A DNA stretch of 64,000 nucleotides from a virus (Duplodnaviria > Caudoviricetes): positions 1 through 64,000 of the IMG/VR virus record IMGVR_UViG_3300032280_000786; one strand, 5' to 3'. Shown here one piece after another: positions 50,369 to 58,902 of the stretch (within the stretch, counting starts at the first letter, position 1; each line of letters starts with the position of its first letter). The position numbers were made by a program, and so were the translations under genes. Under the pieces are notes generated by a model. It was not told the origin of the DNA and ran no database searches. It saw nothing but the letters and a program-made list of their open reading frames with translations.

Positions 50369-51983
50369 CATTATTTTCTGTCTCTGATTCACTCAAATCC
50401 ATTGAGGTCCAAGCAGATGTATCATACCAATCCGAATAGTAATTTCCTCTAGGTAGGGTTATACCTTCTACTGCACCTTCGATTGGTGGTGCTTCATTTG
50501 TTGTTTCAATATCTGCAACAACTCGATCCGTCATAGATTGCCAATAACCTCTAGTGACAGGCTCTCTTTCTACTTCTCTTTCTACACGACCTTCCGTAGG
50601 AACTTCCTCAAGTCTTGTAGGTCTAGCAACTTCTTCTTCATTTTGTCTTGTTCTTTGTGGTCTAGTACGTCTAAGCATATCACGTAGTTCTGCACCATTT
50701 GGTATACCACCTCCACCATATACCGAGGTTAAATCTCCCCAACCACGTAAAGTTGCGGCAACTCCGTCAAGTTCTTCGATTAGCTCTTTAGTACCTTTTT
50801 TATCTTTTAATTTTTTATAAGCTTCTTGTCTAGCTTCTTCTTCTTTTTGACGTTGTTCAATAAGTTTAAGAACTCTCTCACTATTCTTATCATTATTCTC
50901 TTCGTTGAAGATATAATCATCCAACAAGTTCTCATAACGAGCATCTTTGTTAAGAATCCACTTATCGTTGTAATTTGAATATGTTACGTTTTGTCTGCCA
51001 GTCCAAATGTTAAGATAGGTAATATAAGCGGCATCATTTCTGTATCTCATTACAAAGTCAATCTCGTCGAATACCAAGTAATCAGACGGGTGTTTACCAC
51101 CATCAGAAGATGTTAAAGTTTTTAAACTAGACGTATCTTCTGGGATATAGTTATACAAAATACCTTTATCAAGATCAATGAACTTGAAGGTATCCATGTA
51201 TGGATAGTAATGTTGTTTAATGTTTGGTAATTTTACCTCAAGTTTAAACTCTTTTTTACCAGAACCGATTTGTTCAAAGAACATAGTATTGAACCAGTTT
51301 TGTTCTGATTTATAGAAGTAACCGTGTTCAGTTGCCCATTGTTTAAAGTAGAATGATAACTCTTCGTCATTGTAAGTGTAAATTCTATCCATAATTTTAT
51401 GAGTATCAAAATCCCATAAAAGTGCACGACCAATTAAACGATTTTTATCGTTAAACATAGCCAACATAGAAACATTTTCTTGGTTCTCTGTATATAAGTC
51501 AAAGAATTTTTGGCAGTGTTCGTGTTTCATACAAGACACACCTAAAGAACCTCTCTCATTAGATTGGTAGCTTTCGTAGTAGTAAAAATCTTTGATTGCA
51601 TCACCTTTAACAACTTCAAAACGGAAAGGAGCTTTCACTGCTTGAGATCTGAAAAGGTTAGAGAATTTCTCTACTTCTTTTGCAGAAATGTTATTGAAAA
51701 CTTTGACGATAAAAGCACCTGGCTTTGCAATATATCTACGAGAAGAAGTCCAATACTCTTGTGGATCAAGTGTATCAACTCTATCTTGAGATAGATAAGA
51801 TAGTTTAGTTCTATCTTGTTTAGAGATAGATATATAGTTCACATAAGATTCCGCTAAATCTTCTCTGTTGTGTCTTCTTTTTAAAAGAAGTGCGGCAACT
51901 TCTGATTCTGCTTCAATCACGTTTAATACATTTCTTAGATCATCAGAAATTTGAATATCAACGGTTTTTCTTTCGTAAGGCAT
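50355..51983 (-). CDS. Conserved-type phage protein of unknown function (542 aa)
   Basis: GSLGVSCMKH, GRALLWD, MDRIYT, YPYMDTF; charged low-complexity tail. Confidence 0.65.
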   Translation of the reverse strand: MPYERKTVDIQISDDLRNVLNVIEAESEVAALLLKRRHNREDLAESYVNYISISKQDRTKLSYLSQDRVDTLDPQEYWTSSRRYIAKPGAFIVKVFNNISAKEVEKFSNLFRSQAVKAPFRFEVVKGDAIKDFYYYESYQSNERGSLGVSCMKHEHCQKFFDLYTENQENVSMLAMFNDKNRLIGRALLWDFDTHKIMDRIYTYNDEELSFYFKQWATEHGYFYKSEQNWFNTMFFEQIGSGKKEFKLEVKLPNIKQHYYPYMDTFKFIDLDKGILYNYIPEDTSSLKTLTSSDGGKHPSDYLVFDEIDFVMRYRNDAAYITYLNIWTGRQNVTYSNYNDKWILNKDARYENLLDDYIFNEENNDKNSERVLKLIEQRQKEEEARQEAYKKLKDKKGTKELIEELDGVAATLRGWGDLTSVYGGGGIPNGAELRDMLRRTRPQRTRQNEEEVARPTRLEEVPTEGRVEREVEREPVTRGYWQSMTDRVVADIETTNEAPPIEGAVEGITLPRGNYYSDWYDTSAWTSMDLSESETENNEEPF

Positions 51984-52006
51984 ATTTTATTGTTTTTTTA
52001 TTTCTA

Positions 52007-52037
52007 CAAAGATAAGTAATTATATTTAATATACAAA
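52007..52037 (-). promoter_or_regulatory. Bacteroidota sigma-A promoter TTTG-N19-TATCTTTG
   Basis: Both elements present with a 19-nt spacer; a second -7 element at 52092-52099. Confidence 0.8.
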
Positions 52038-52128
52038 TATTTTATTAAGTTTCCTAATTATTTTTTTAGTTATCAACAATTATTTGTTTTACAAAGATAT
52101 GAATTTTATTTTTAATATATACTATTGT

Positions 52129-52800
52129 ATGAAACATTTAAAAGTATTTGAAAATTTTGATAAACAAGAAGATCAGTTTGACATTGAAAATGTTATGCTT
52201 TATATGGTCAATGTACTTGACAACTATAAAGTAAACTTCTTTGATGTTGATAATAATATGATCAATTCTAATGATGAAAATATAAATGATTTTCAACTAA
52301 CAAAAGATTTCCATAGTATTAGAAGAAGTAGATTTATGATAGAGATTATGCAAGATAATTCTAAACAACTTAGTATTCACGATATCGCAGAAATTTCAAT
52401 TGAAATGAGTACTACTATAAAACACTTAGAAAGAGAAGGTTGGATTTTATCTAGTTACCACCTTAATCAAACAAAACTTTCAAGTCATTTGAATGGAAAA
52501 GTTGTATTTTATTATATTCATTATACTTTTTCAAAAGAAGATCAAGAAATTGAACCTACTAAAAGTTTACAAGATACTATACCTACTAATACAATATTAA
52601 GAGCATTTAAAAAAGAAGGTATTGAAATTGAAAAACAAGATATTAAACATTTAGATGATTGTATTGAAATTGAAGATTGGTACACTGAGTATCTATCAAA
52701 TAATGAAGTAGAAGATTCTCTTGATAAAATAACAGATCTTTTAGGTGCTACTGAATGGGAATGGTATCATGGAACAAATGGTATAAGATTTCAATTCTAA
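52129..52800 (+). CDS. Hypothetical protein with capsid-targeting-like N-terminus (start revised from 52084)
   Basis: MKHLKVFENF after TAATATATA (52113-52121). Confidence 0.75.
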   Translation: MKHLKVFENFDKQEDQFDIENVMLYMVNVLDNYKVNFFDVDNNMINSNDENINDFQLTKDFHSIRRSRFMIEIMQDNSKQLSIHDIAEISIEMSTTIKHLEREGWILSSYHLNQTKLSSHLNGKVVFYYIHYTFSKEDQEIEPTKSLQDTIPTNTILRAFKKEGIEIEKQDIKHLDDCIEIEDWYTEYLSNNEVEDSLDKITDLLGATEWEWYHGTNGIRFQF

Positions 52801-53144
52801 GAATATAAAAAGTCTTGATACTTTTCTTCGTCAGTTAAATCTATCTCAATCACACAATCCTTCTTTAAAGGTGTAGTAAATACAACACAAACAGACTTTA
52901 AATATTCTGTTTCAATACCATTTAAAAGTTCATCTAAGATTAAATCTCTTTCATCTTCTTTAGAAAGTTTCTCACCGGTGTCTATATAGATGTTTATCTT
53001 CCAAGGTAGACGCTTATTTACAAAACCCATAACAGACTGCTTAAAAACATTTGGTTGTCTTAATTGTCTTTTAAATGTAAAAACTGCAAAGATTACAACT
53101 CTTATAATATATTGATGATAAACTTCATTTATGTCTAATTTCAT
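52797..53144 (-). CDS. Hypothetical protein
   Basis: 115-aa ORF. Confidence 0.6.
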   Translation of the reverse strand: MKLDINEVYHQYIIRVVIFAVFTFKRQLRQPNVFKQSVMGFVNKRLPWKINIYIDTGEKLSKEDERDLILDELLNGIETEYLKSVCVVFTTPLKKDCVIEIDLTDEEKYQDFLYS

Positions 53145-53173
53145 TTAATATATATAAATAAAAAAGCTATTCA

Positions 53174-53572
53174 ATGGATATAAAAAAATATGCTGACCAG
53201 TTTATTGGTGAGTATTCTAAAAAGTATGATTTAAGATTAGGTAAATCATTTGATAAAGAAAAAGCTAATTGTTCTTGGTTTACAAATGTTTTTTGTGACT
53301 GGGCTAAAGAAAAGGATTTACCAGTTAAAGTAGTTTATTTTGATTCTAATGAAGAAGCACATACGGCTCCTATTATTGATGGTAAGATTATTGATTTTAC
53401 AATCAAACAATTTACTAAAAATCCTAATGATGATTATAAGATTACAAAACCAGAAGATTATAAAAAGTATGGTTATGATAAATCTGAAATTTTAGATAAA
53501 GTACCAAATTGGTTTACAATTAGAAAAGCAGATAAGATACTTGAAAGGATAAAAAGATATGATCAATTTTAA
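53174..53572 (+). CDS. Transglutaminase/papain-fold-like protein
   Basis: ANCSWF ... AHTAPIIDGKIIDFTIKQF: Cys-His-Asp triad in the expected order. Confidence 0.55.
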   Translation: MDIKKYADQFIGEYSKKYDLRLGKSFDKEKANCSWFTNVFCDWAKEKDLPVKVVYFDSNEEAHTAPIIDGKIIDFTIKQFTKNPNDDYKITKPEDYKKYGYDKSEILDKVPNWFTIRKADKILERIKRYDQF

Positions 53573-53574
53573 AC

Positions 53575-53603
53575 AAGAAACCCACTAATTTAGTGGGTTT
53601 CTT
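53575..53603. terminator. Bidirectional intrinsic terminator
   Basis: AAGAAACCCACTA-ATT-TAGTGGGTTTCTT. Confidence 0.8.
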
Positions 53604-54197
53604 TTATTCATTAGCTTTTGCTTTCATTTCTTCTATTCTATCTCTTACTTTACATGCTATCTCAAATTCCTCATTAGCGACTGCGTGCTCTAACATCTTC
53701 TCTAAGTTTTCAATAGAAGTAGTTTTTTCTTCCACAGTTACTTCATCTTCGTCATCCATATCTTCATCAGATAGTGCTGTTCCATCATCATTGATTAAAA
53801 CTCCGGCAGAGTTCATAACATCAGAAGAAACAAAAATAGGACAACCATAAATGTTTGCTAAGATAACTGCATCACCAATAGATGATTCAATTTCTACATC
53901 TGCAGTACCATTTGTAAAAATAATTTTAGTATAAAAAATACCTTCTGCAAGAGAGTAAACAAATACTTCTTGTATATCAAGACCAAACGCATTAGTCATT
54001 GATAAAAACAAATCGTGTGTTAAAGGTTTAGTAGATTTAATACCTTCTAAATCTAACGCAATACGTTGAGCATCTTGTGGTTTAATTATTACTGGTAGCT
54101 TAACTTTCCCTTTCATTTCTGAAAGAACTAGTACGTAAGAACCAATTTGACTTTGACTATAAGATAGTCCTAAAATTTTTACTTTTCTTTTTTTCAT
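53604..54197 (-). CDS. Bifunctional nuclease (BFN/DUF151) with C-terminal UVR motif
   Basis: LPVII...AQRIA...PLTHDLF, GIFY, SSIGDAVILA; LEHAVANEEFEIACKVRDRI. Confidence 0.88.
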   Translation of the reverse strand: MKKRKVKILGLSYSQSQIGSYVLVLSEMKGKVKLPVIIKPQDAQRIALDLEGIKSTKPLTHDLFLSMTNAFGLDIQEVFVYSLAEGIFYTKIIFTNGTADVEIESSIGDAVILANIYGCPIFVSSDVMNSAGVLINDDGTALSDEDMDDEDEVTVEEKTTSIENLEKMLEHAVANEEFEIACKVRDRIEEMKAKANE

Positions 54198-54214
54198 TAT
54201 TTTATGTTATACTA

Positions 54215-54568
54215 TTATTTGTTTAATATACTTGAAAGTTTAAAATGTCTTTGATACTCTTTTATACAAGCATCATTTTTCTTAATACAATTTATCATTT
54301 CTGCATTCGACTTAATTTCTATTTTCTCTTCTATATTTTCTACCTTTTTTAGATGTGATGATACATTATAAAAACTACTAGTTCTATTTGGATAACCTTT
54401 TTTATCTAAATCAAAAGTACCTTTGGATTTAATAAAATAAACCTTATCATTCTCGTAAAGAATTGAATAAATTCGGTCGGGTGCATGAAATACCCATGGA
54501 TATTCCTTAGCCCAATGGTTCATAACCCAACCGAATTTATATAAAAAAATTGTATTTACTTCAAACAT
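54215..54568 (-). CDS. Hypothetical protein (start probably ATG 54568)
   Basis: MFEVNTIFLYKFGW...; overlaps the GIY-YIG stop by 8 nt. Confidence 0.6.
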   Translation of the reverse strand: MFEVNTIFLYKFGWVMNHWAKEYPWVFHAPDRIYSILYENDKVYFIKSKGTFDLDKKGYPNRTSSFYNVSSHLKKVENIEEKIEIKSNAEMINCIKKNDACIKEYQRHFKLSSILNK

Positions 54569-55319
54569 TCGGGTTCTGTTTACATTTATCAAAATGCCAT
54601 CTTTTACCATTTCCTATATCAACAAACTTTCCACAATGAGGACACTCTGTCTTTTCCATTTCTTTTCCTTTATTCCAAGCCTCTTGTAATCCTTTAGTTC
54701 CTTTATTCCAAGGTTCTACTCCTTTTGAATGATGTTCCTGTGTTTTCCATCTTTCTTTTAAAGTTTTTGATCTCTTTTCTTTTTCTTCATCTGTCATAGG
54801 TCCTAATTCTAATCCTTTGTTCCATCCTTCTTGAACACCTTTTAAACCTTTATTCCAAGGTTCTACACCTTTTAAGTGATGTTCTATAATTTTATATCTT
54901 TCCTTTAATATAAAAGACATATTACTTTTTTGTTCTTCTGTCGGATTGTAACTAAAGGTTCTTTTTTCTATCTCACCACTCTCATACTTTCGTTTAAGAG
55001 TTTCTGAAATTTTCTTTTTAGATTCATCTGATAGAATACCAGCAGATTGACCACCGGTTTTTAAATTGTAGTTTGATTTATCCTTTACCCATTCTTCATC
55101 AACATATATTGCCTCTTTTTCTAAAAGTTCATCATATGACTCACAAAATTCTAAAATTTCTCTTCTAAAATTTTCTTTACCATATTTTTTGATAGATTTT
55201 TCAAGGGCTAGACCACTACCGAGATAACCATCTTCTAATTTAGAAGTTTTGTGAATACCTCGGTAGTTTTTACCATTGATTAGGTTCGTTGTTTCGTATA
55301 ATATATAATAATTTTCCAT
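54561..55319 (-). CDS. GIY-YIG (Seg-like) homing endonuclease with PWNKG repeats
   Basis: YILYETTNLINGKNYRGIHKT, YLGSG, YNLKTGG, 4x (P/G/A)WNKG, CPHC. Confidence 0.88.
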   Translation of the reverse strand: MENYYILYETTNLINGKNYRGIHKTSKLEDGYLGSGLALEKSIKKYGKENFRREILEFCESYDELLEKEAIYVDEEWVKDKSNYNLKTGGQSAGILSDESKKKISETLKRKYESGEIEKRTFSYNPTEEQKSNMSFILKERYKIIEHHLKGVEPWNKGLKGVQEGWNKGLELGPMTDEEKEKRSKTLKERWKTQEHHSKGVEPWNKGTKGLQEAWNKGKEMEKTECPHCGKFVDIGNGKRWHFDKCKQNPNV

Positions 55320-55359
55320 ATACTATATATAAAATAATCCTCCTCCCCTGCTGATAAAA

Positions 55360-56007
55360 TTACCCCTTTAATAGTAAATCCGCGGCCGATGTTGCGCTAA
55401 ACGCGAGCGGTTTTGCCCATACTCTAAATCCTAGAGCTCTTAACCAAGGTACGTAACTTTTGTAAGCAATAAATGATTTATTTCTATGACCTTTCTCATA
55501 TTGAGAACTTTCAAATGGGTTGAAATCAACGTGTAAGTCAATAACTTTTGTATCCATTAAATCAACATCTGTCATAACTAAGTTTCTAACAACTGCTTCT
55601 TCATTGTGTAATTCAATGTTTGCGTATTCACCTGCACTTTTTTGTAAGTGATACTTATATTTTCTTTTCTCTAATTCAGGTAAGTCTCTTGTAACACCAA
55701 CTTTCTCTAACTCGTCATTAATCCAAGTACCAACATCGTGTAAAAATTGTGCTTCTTTATATAATCTCTCTTGAGTTTCTCTGATTTTTGGACATGATTC
55801 TCTAAAGAATACAACGTGTGCACCTTTTTTGACCTCGGTATCATAAATCATGACAGTTACAGCATAGATGGTTCTTCTACGAACTTGAATAGAGTCACAA
55901 CCAACAGATACAACTGATCCTGGTTCTCTCTCCATAATTTCTCTTATGTATTCTATAACGTCGGGGATTTGTTCTCCACCGAACTTTTTGAAACGACTGT
56001 TATACAT
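55360..56007 (-). CDS. DUF458/YkuK RNase H-like protein
   Basis: VSVGCDS, GAHV, RL..EA, LHVDFNP, KP.AF.ATSAAD. Confidence 0.8.
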   Translation of the reverse strand: MYNSRFKKFGGEQIPDVIEYIREIMEREPGSVVSVGCDSIQVRRRTIYAVTVMIYDTEVKKGAHVVFFRESCPKIRETQERLYKEAQFLHDVGTWINDELEKVGVTRDLPELEKRKYKYHLQKSAGEYANIELHNEEAVVRNLVMTDVDLMDTKVIDLHVDFNPFESSQYEKGHRNKSFIAYKSYVPWLRALGFRVWAKPLAFSATSAADLLLKG

Positions 56008-56236
56008 CTTCTAGTATTATTTTTTTAATTTTTAATATTGATTTTTGAACTATCTCTGGTGCAAAAACCATGAAACTACCATCTTCACAAGTTAGGTCAA
56101 AACTACCATTGGTATAAAAACCTTTTGCTACTTTGATTATACTTTCATAATCTTCTTTAGTTACAATGAATTTTCTACCACTGAATTCTCCGAACTCATT
56201 AGTGATAACCATTTGTATTTCTATTTTAGATCCCAT
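56000..56236 (-). CDS. Hypothetical protein
   Basis: 78 aa after TATATATAATCAT. Confidence 0.7.
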   Translation of the reverse strand: MGSKIEIQMVITNEFGEFSGRKFIVTKEDYESIIKVAKGFYTNGSFDLTCEDGSFMVFAPEIVQKSILKIKKIILEDV

Positions 56237-56273
56237 ATGATTATATATAGAAATCTTTATTAGTTGTTAAACA

Positions 56274-56302
56274 AAAAAGGAGTATCAGTTACGATACCCC
56301 TT
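56274..56302 (-). terminator. Imperfect intrinsic terminator
   Basis: AAGGAGTATC-AGTTAC-GATACCCCTT with T-tract on the minus strand. Confidence 0.6.
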
Positions 56303-56322
56303 AATTCAACTCACTCACACTA

Positions 56323-57471
56323 TTACTTAGTACTACCAGGCTTGTTGATTTTCTTGATAGTTACTAACAAATCTTGAAACTTCAACAAGAAACGTTTAAG
56401 TTTTGGATTTGTAACATCTGCGATATTATCCAAGATGTGTAACAAGTATGCAGTTTTTTCATCATCACCTACTTGGTTCAAGAACTTCTCACAGTTGTCA
56501 AGTTGCTTGTCGGATAACTTAGTGATGTCCATTTCTTTCAAACTTTGGATAAGTTCAGAATTTTTATCACGGTTATATTTCTTCAAGTCTTCCTTAACTT
56601 TATCAAAGTTATTAAGTACGTCCATAATGTTGATGTTCATCATATCTTCACAATAAGTGACAAACTTCATTGCTGAGTTTCCGATGTAACCAGCGGCTAC
56701 TTCTTTCAACAAAGGTAGAAACTCTCTTGGAGAAGAATTCATACCGTAGTTTGCTACGATGAACTCAGACATCATAGTCCAAGAACGTGGGGTTGCATAA
56801 CCTTTTGCATTGTCACTTGTTTTGTACATATGCTCAGGGTGTGTGTTGATGTAAGACACAATCATTGGGTGTACATTCTCTGTAGCGAAATCGTCAACCC
56901 ACTCTTTTACATCTAAAGTGTGGTTAATGTGTACTAAACGGTTGTTTAGAGCACTATCAAACTCTTCTACGTCTGTACCATCTTCGTCACCTAAGTTACC
57001 AGAAGACATCATAAGAACGTTATCATTGAATTTGAAATCTGTACCGATTTGACGCTCCAACAGGATTTGAAGTGCTGCGTTACGAACTTGTTGAGAAGCT
57101 CTATTCAACTCTTCAAAGTGAATGATTGTTGGTTGTTTGTTAGCTTCAATAGCCCAACGAGGAACTACGAAATCTAAACATTTTACGGTTCTAGTACCAT
57201 TCTCGTCTGTTACGTCGATTTCTGATACATTTGGATAAAGACCTACGTCAGTTTCATCAACCATAGATAAACGAATATCCATATATCTAAAGCCCATTTT
57301 GTCTGCGATTGAGCGACCAATCGCTGATTTTGCGATACCTGGTTTAGAGGTAATATTAAGAACTCCGTACTTTGCCCACATAATGGCCATATACTTTCTT
57401 TCTTTTAAAGTTAGTGTAGCTAACTTCTCAACCATTGCCTCGGGCATCAACTTTGAATTTTTCTCTGTCAT
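56323..57471 (-). CDS. MoxR-like AAA+ ATPase (AAA_5)
   Basis: SKPGIAKSA, IHFEELNRA, LQILLER, GNLG, ALNNRLVH, TPRSW. Confidence 0.88.
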   Translation of the reverse strand: MTEKNSKLMPEAMVEKLATLTLKERKYMAIMWAKYGVLNITSKPGIAKSAIGRSIADKMGFRYMDIRLSMVDETDVGLYPNVSEIDVTDENGTRTVKCLDFVVPRWAIEANKQPTIIHFEELNRASQQVRNAALQILLERQIGTDFKFNDNVLMMSSGNLGDEDGTDVEEFDSALNNRLVHINHTLDVKEWVDDFATENVHPMIVSYINTHPEHMYKTSDNAKGYATPRSWTMMSEFIVANYGMNSSPREFLPLLKEVAAGYIGNSAMKFVTYCEDMMNINIMDVLNNFDKVKEDLKKYNRDKNSELIQSLKEMDITKLSDKQLDNCEKFLNQVGDDEKTAYLLHILDNIADVTNPKLKRFLLKFQDLLVTIKKINKPGSTK

Positions 57472-57503
57472 ATTGAATTATTTATTTTTTTATTATTATT
57501 GTA

Positions 57504-57511
57504 CAAATGTA
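57504..57511 (-). promoter_or_regulatory. Bacteroidota-type -7 element TACATTTG
   Basis: Intergenic, upstream of the AAA gene. Confidence 0.65.
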
Positions 57512-57557
57512 TAACTTTTTTTTGAATAAAAAAGCATTTTGTTAAAATTTTTATTTT

Positions 57558-58082
57558 TTATTGGATTTCGTATTTAATGAAATGTTCGTCAAATTTACCA
57601 TAAATTTCTTCTGCAAAAAGATTTCTTGACTTTAGTGTACCAATACCATTATCAGTAACAATCCAAATAATTGGTTTGATTTTACTAATATAATCCGCAA
57701 TACCCTCTGGAACTTCAGCATCTTTGTATTCTTTAGCCATATCATCAATCTTAACATAGTAGTTATTACCAGTAGTACAAACATTTACATCTTTAATACA
57801 AGTGTAAAGTTGCCACTTACCAGGAAACATTTCTAATTCTAAATTGATTAGATAATCATCTTGAATTTGTAGTTCTTGTCTATAGTCTTGTAATTGAGCA
57901 CGGTATTCGACCATTCTCTCTTTATTTTCGGGAATAGTGAAGTCAATATCGGAGTCAAGAAGTTTATTCAAAACATCTTGTTTAGCACTTTCAGATTGTG
58001 CTTCGTTAAATTCTTTTTCAAATATGTCAAGAGTATAACTTTCGTTATACTCTACACCAGTTATTTCTTTAGTATCGTTCAT
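57558..58082 (-). CDS. Hypothetical protein
   Basis: 174-aa ORF. Confidence 0.75.
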   Translation of the reverse strand: MNDTKEITGVEYNESYTLDIFEKEFNEAQSESAKQDVLNKLLDSDIDFTIPENKERMVEYRAQLQDYRQELQIQDDYLINLELEMFPGKWQLYTCIKDVNVCTTGNNYYVKIDDMAKEYKDAEVPEGIADYISKIKPIIWIVTDNGIGTLKSRNLFAEEIYGKFDEHFIKYEIQ

Positions 58083-58084
58083 TA

Positions 58085-58708
58085 TTATCCTTTGATTACT
58101 TCTACGTTTTTAAGAGCAACTACTGGTTTAGTAGCGTCCATCATTTCAGCAACACTATCTCCTAATTTAGAGAAGTTATCGATTGTACCTTTAGCCACAG
58201 AGTAAGTAGTAACGGCTTTGATGATTTTTTCTTTGTCTCTTTCAGAGATTTCAGCACTTTCTTCGATCAAACGAGAAAGAACTTCACCATATTTTTCAAT
58301 CATTTCGTTATCAAAAGCGAAAGTTGTTTTCTCTTCAACGATGTCCTCACCGTACATTTCTTGTAACTCGGTAGCACGATCTTCGTTGATAGAAATATAA
58401 CGATCAGTCGGTACAAACATAAATTGTGCCGTGTCGTCTAAGTCATTTACAGACTCTAACATAACAGAACCTGGGTTTTTACCAGTTCTATCATATAATT
58501 TAGCCCACTCATTTTGAGCTAAGTCTTTCAACTCGTCTGCAATCATATCGGCCTTAGCTTTATCTCTCTTCATGTTGTCTTGAAGTTGAGATAATCTAGC
58601 TACATTACCGAAGAAGTCTTGGTTATCAACTGTAATTCTTACTTTTGTATCTTTTGCAGCTGCTTTTACTGGTGCTGCTTTCTTCGCTTTTGTAAATAAA
58701 TTAGACAT
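58085..58708 (-). CDS. Hypothetical protein
   Basis: 207-aa ORF with host-like codon use. Confidence 0.75.
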   Translation of the reverse strand: MSNLFTKAKKAAPVKAAAKDTKVRITVDNQDFFGNVARLSQLQDNMKRDKAKADMIADELKDLAQNEWAKLYDRTGKNPGSVMLESVNDLDDTAQFMFVPTDRYISINEDRATELQEMYGEDIVEEKTTFAFDNEMIEKYGEVLSRLIEESAEISERDKEKIIKAVTTYSVAKGTIDNFSKLGDSVAEMMDATKPVVALKNVEVIKG

Positions 58709-58747
58709 AGTGTATATTTTTTAGTGAGTGAGTTATTATTTCTTCTA

Positions 58748-58778
58748 CAAAGATAAGGAATATTTTTAATTATACAAA
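58748..58778 (-). promoter_or_regulatory. Bacteroidota sigma-A promoter TTTG-N19-TATCTTTG
   Basis: Both elements present; a second -7 element at 58840-58847. Confidence 0.8.
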
Positions 58779-58902
58779 CTTTATTTTAATTTATTTTTAA
58801 AGTCTTTTGAGTAATTAAATATGTTCCTCATTTGTTTTACAAAGATACAAAAATTATTTGATAAAACAATAAAGGGACACATATATTTTTAATATATATA
58901 AT

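Larger units (their letters stand above)
56308..58734. repeat. 11-bp inverted repeat AACTCACTCAC / GTGAGTGAGTT flanking a three-gene operon
   Basis: Copies at 56308-56318 and 58724-58734, both intergenic. Confidence 0.6.

Noticed and set aside
55335-55410. GC-rich patch (GGGGAGGAGG on the minus strand; CGCGGCCG) as a tRNA or ncRNA
   Set aside because: Most of it encodes the Ala-rich C-terminus of the YkuK-like gene, and no cloverleaf or stable fold was found.
58781-58831. 16-codon mini-ORF between tandem promoters as a leader peptide
   Set aside because: It is absent from the sister cassette near 52040-52090, and there is no attenuator hairpin.
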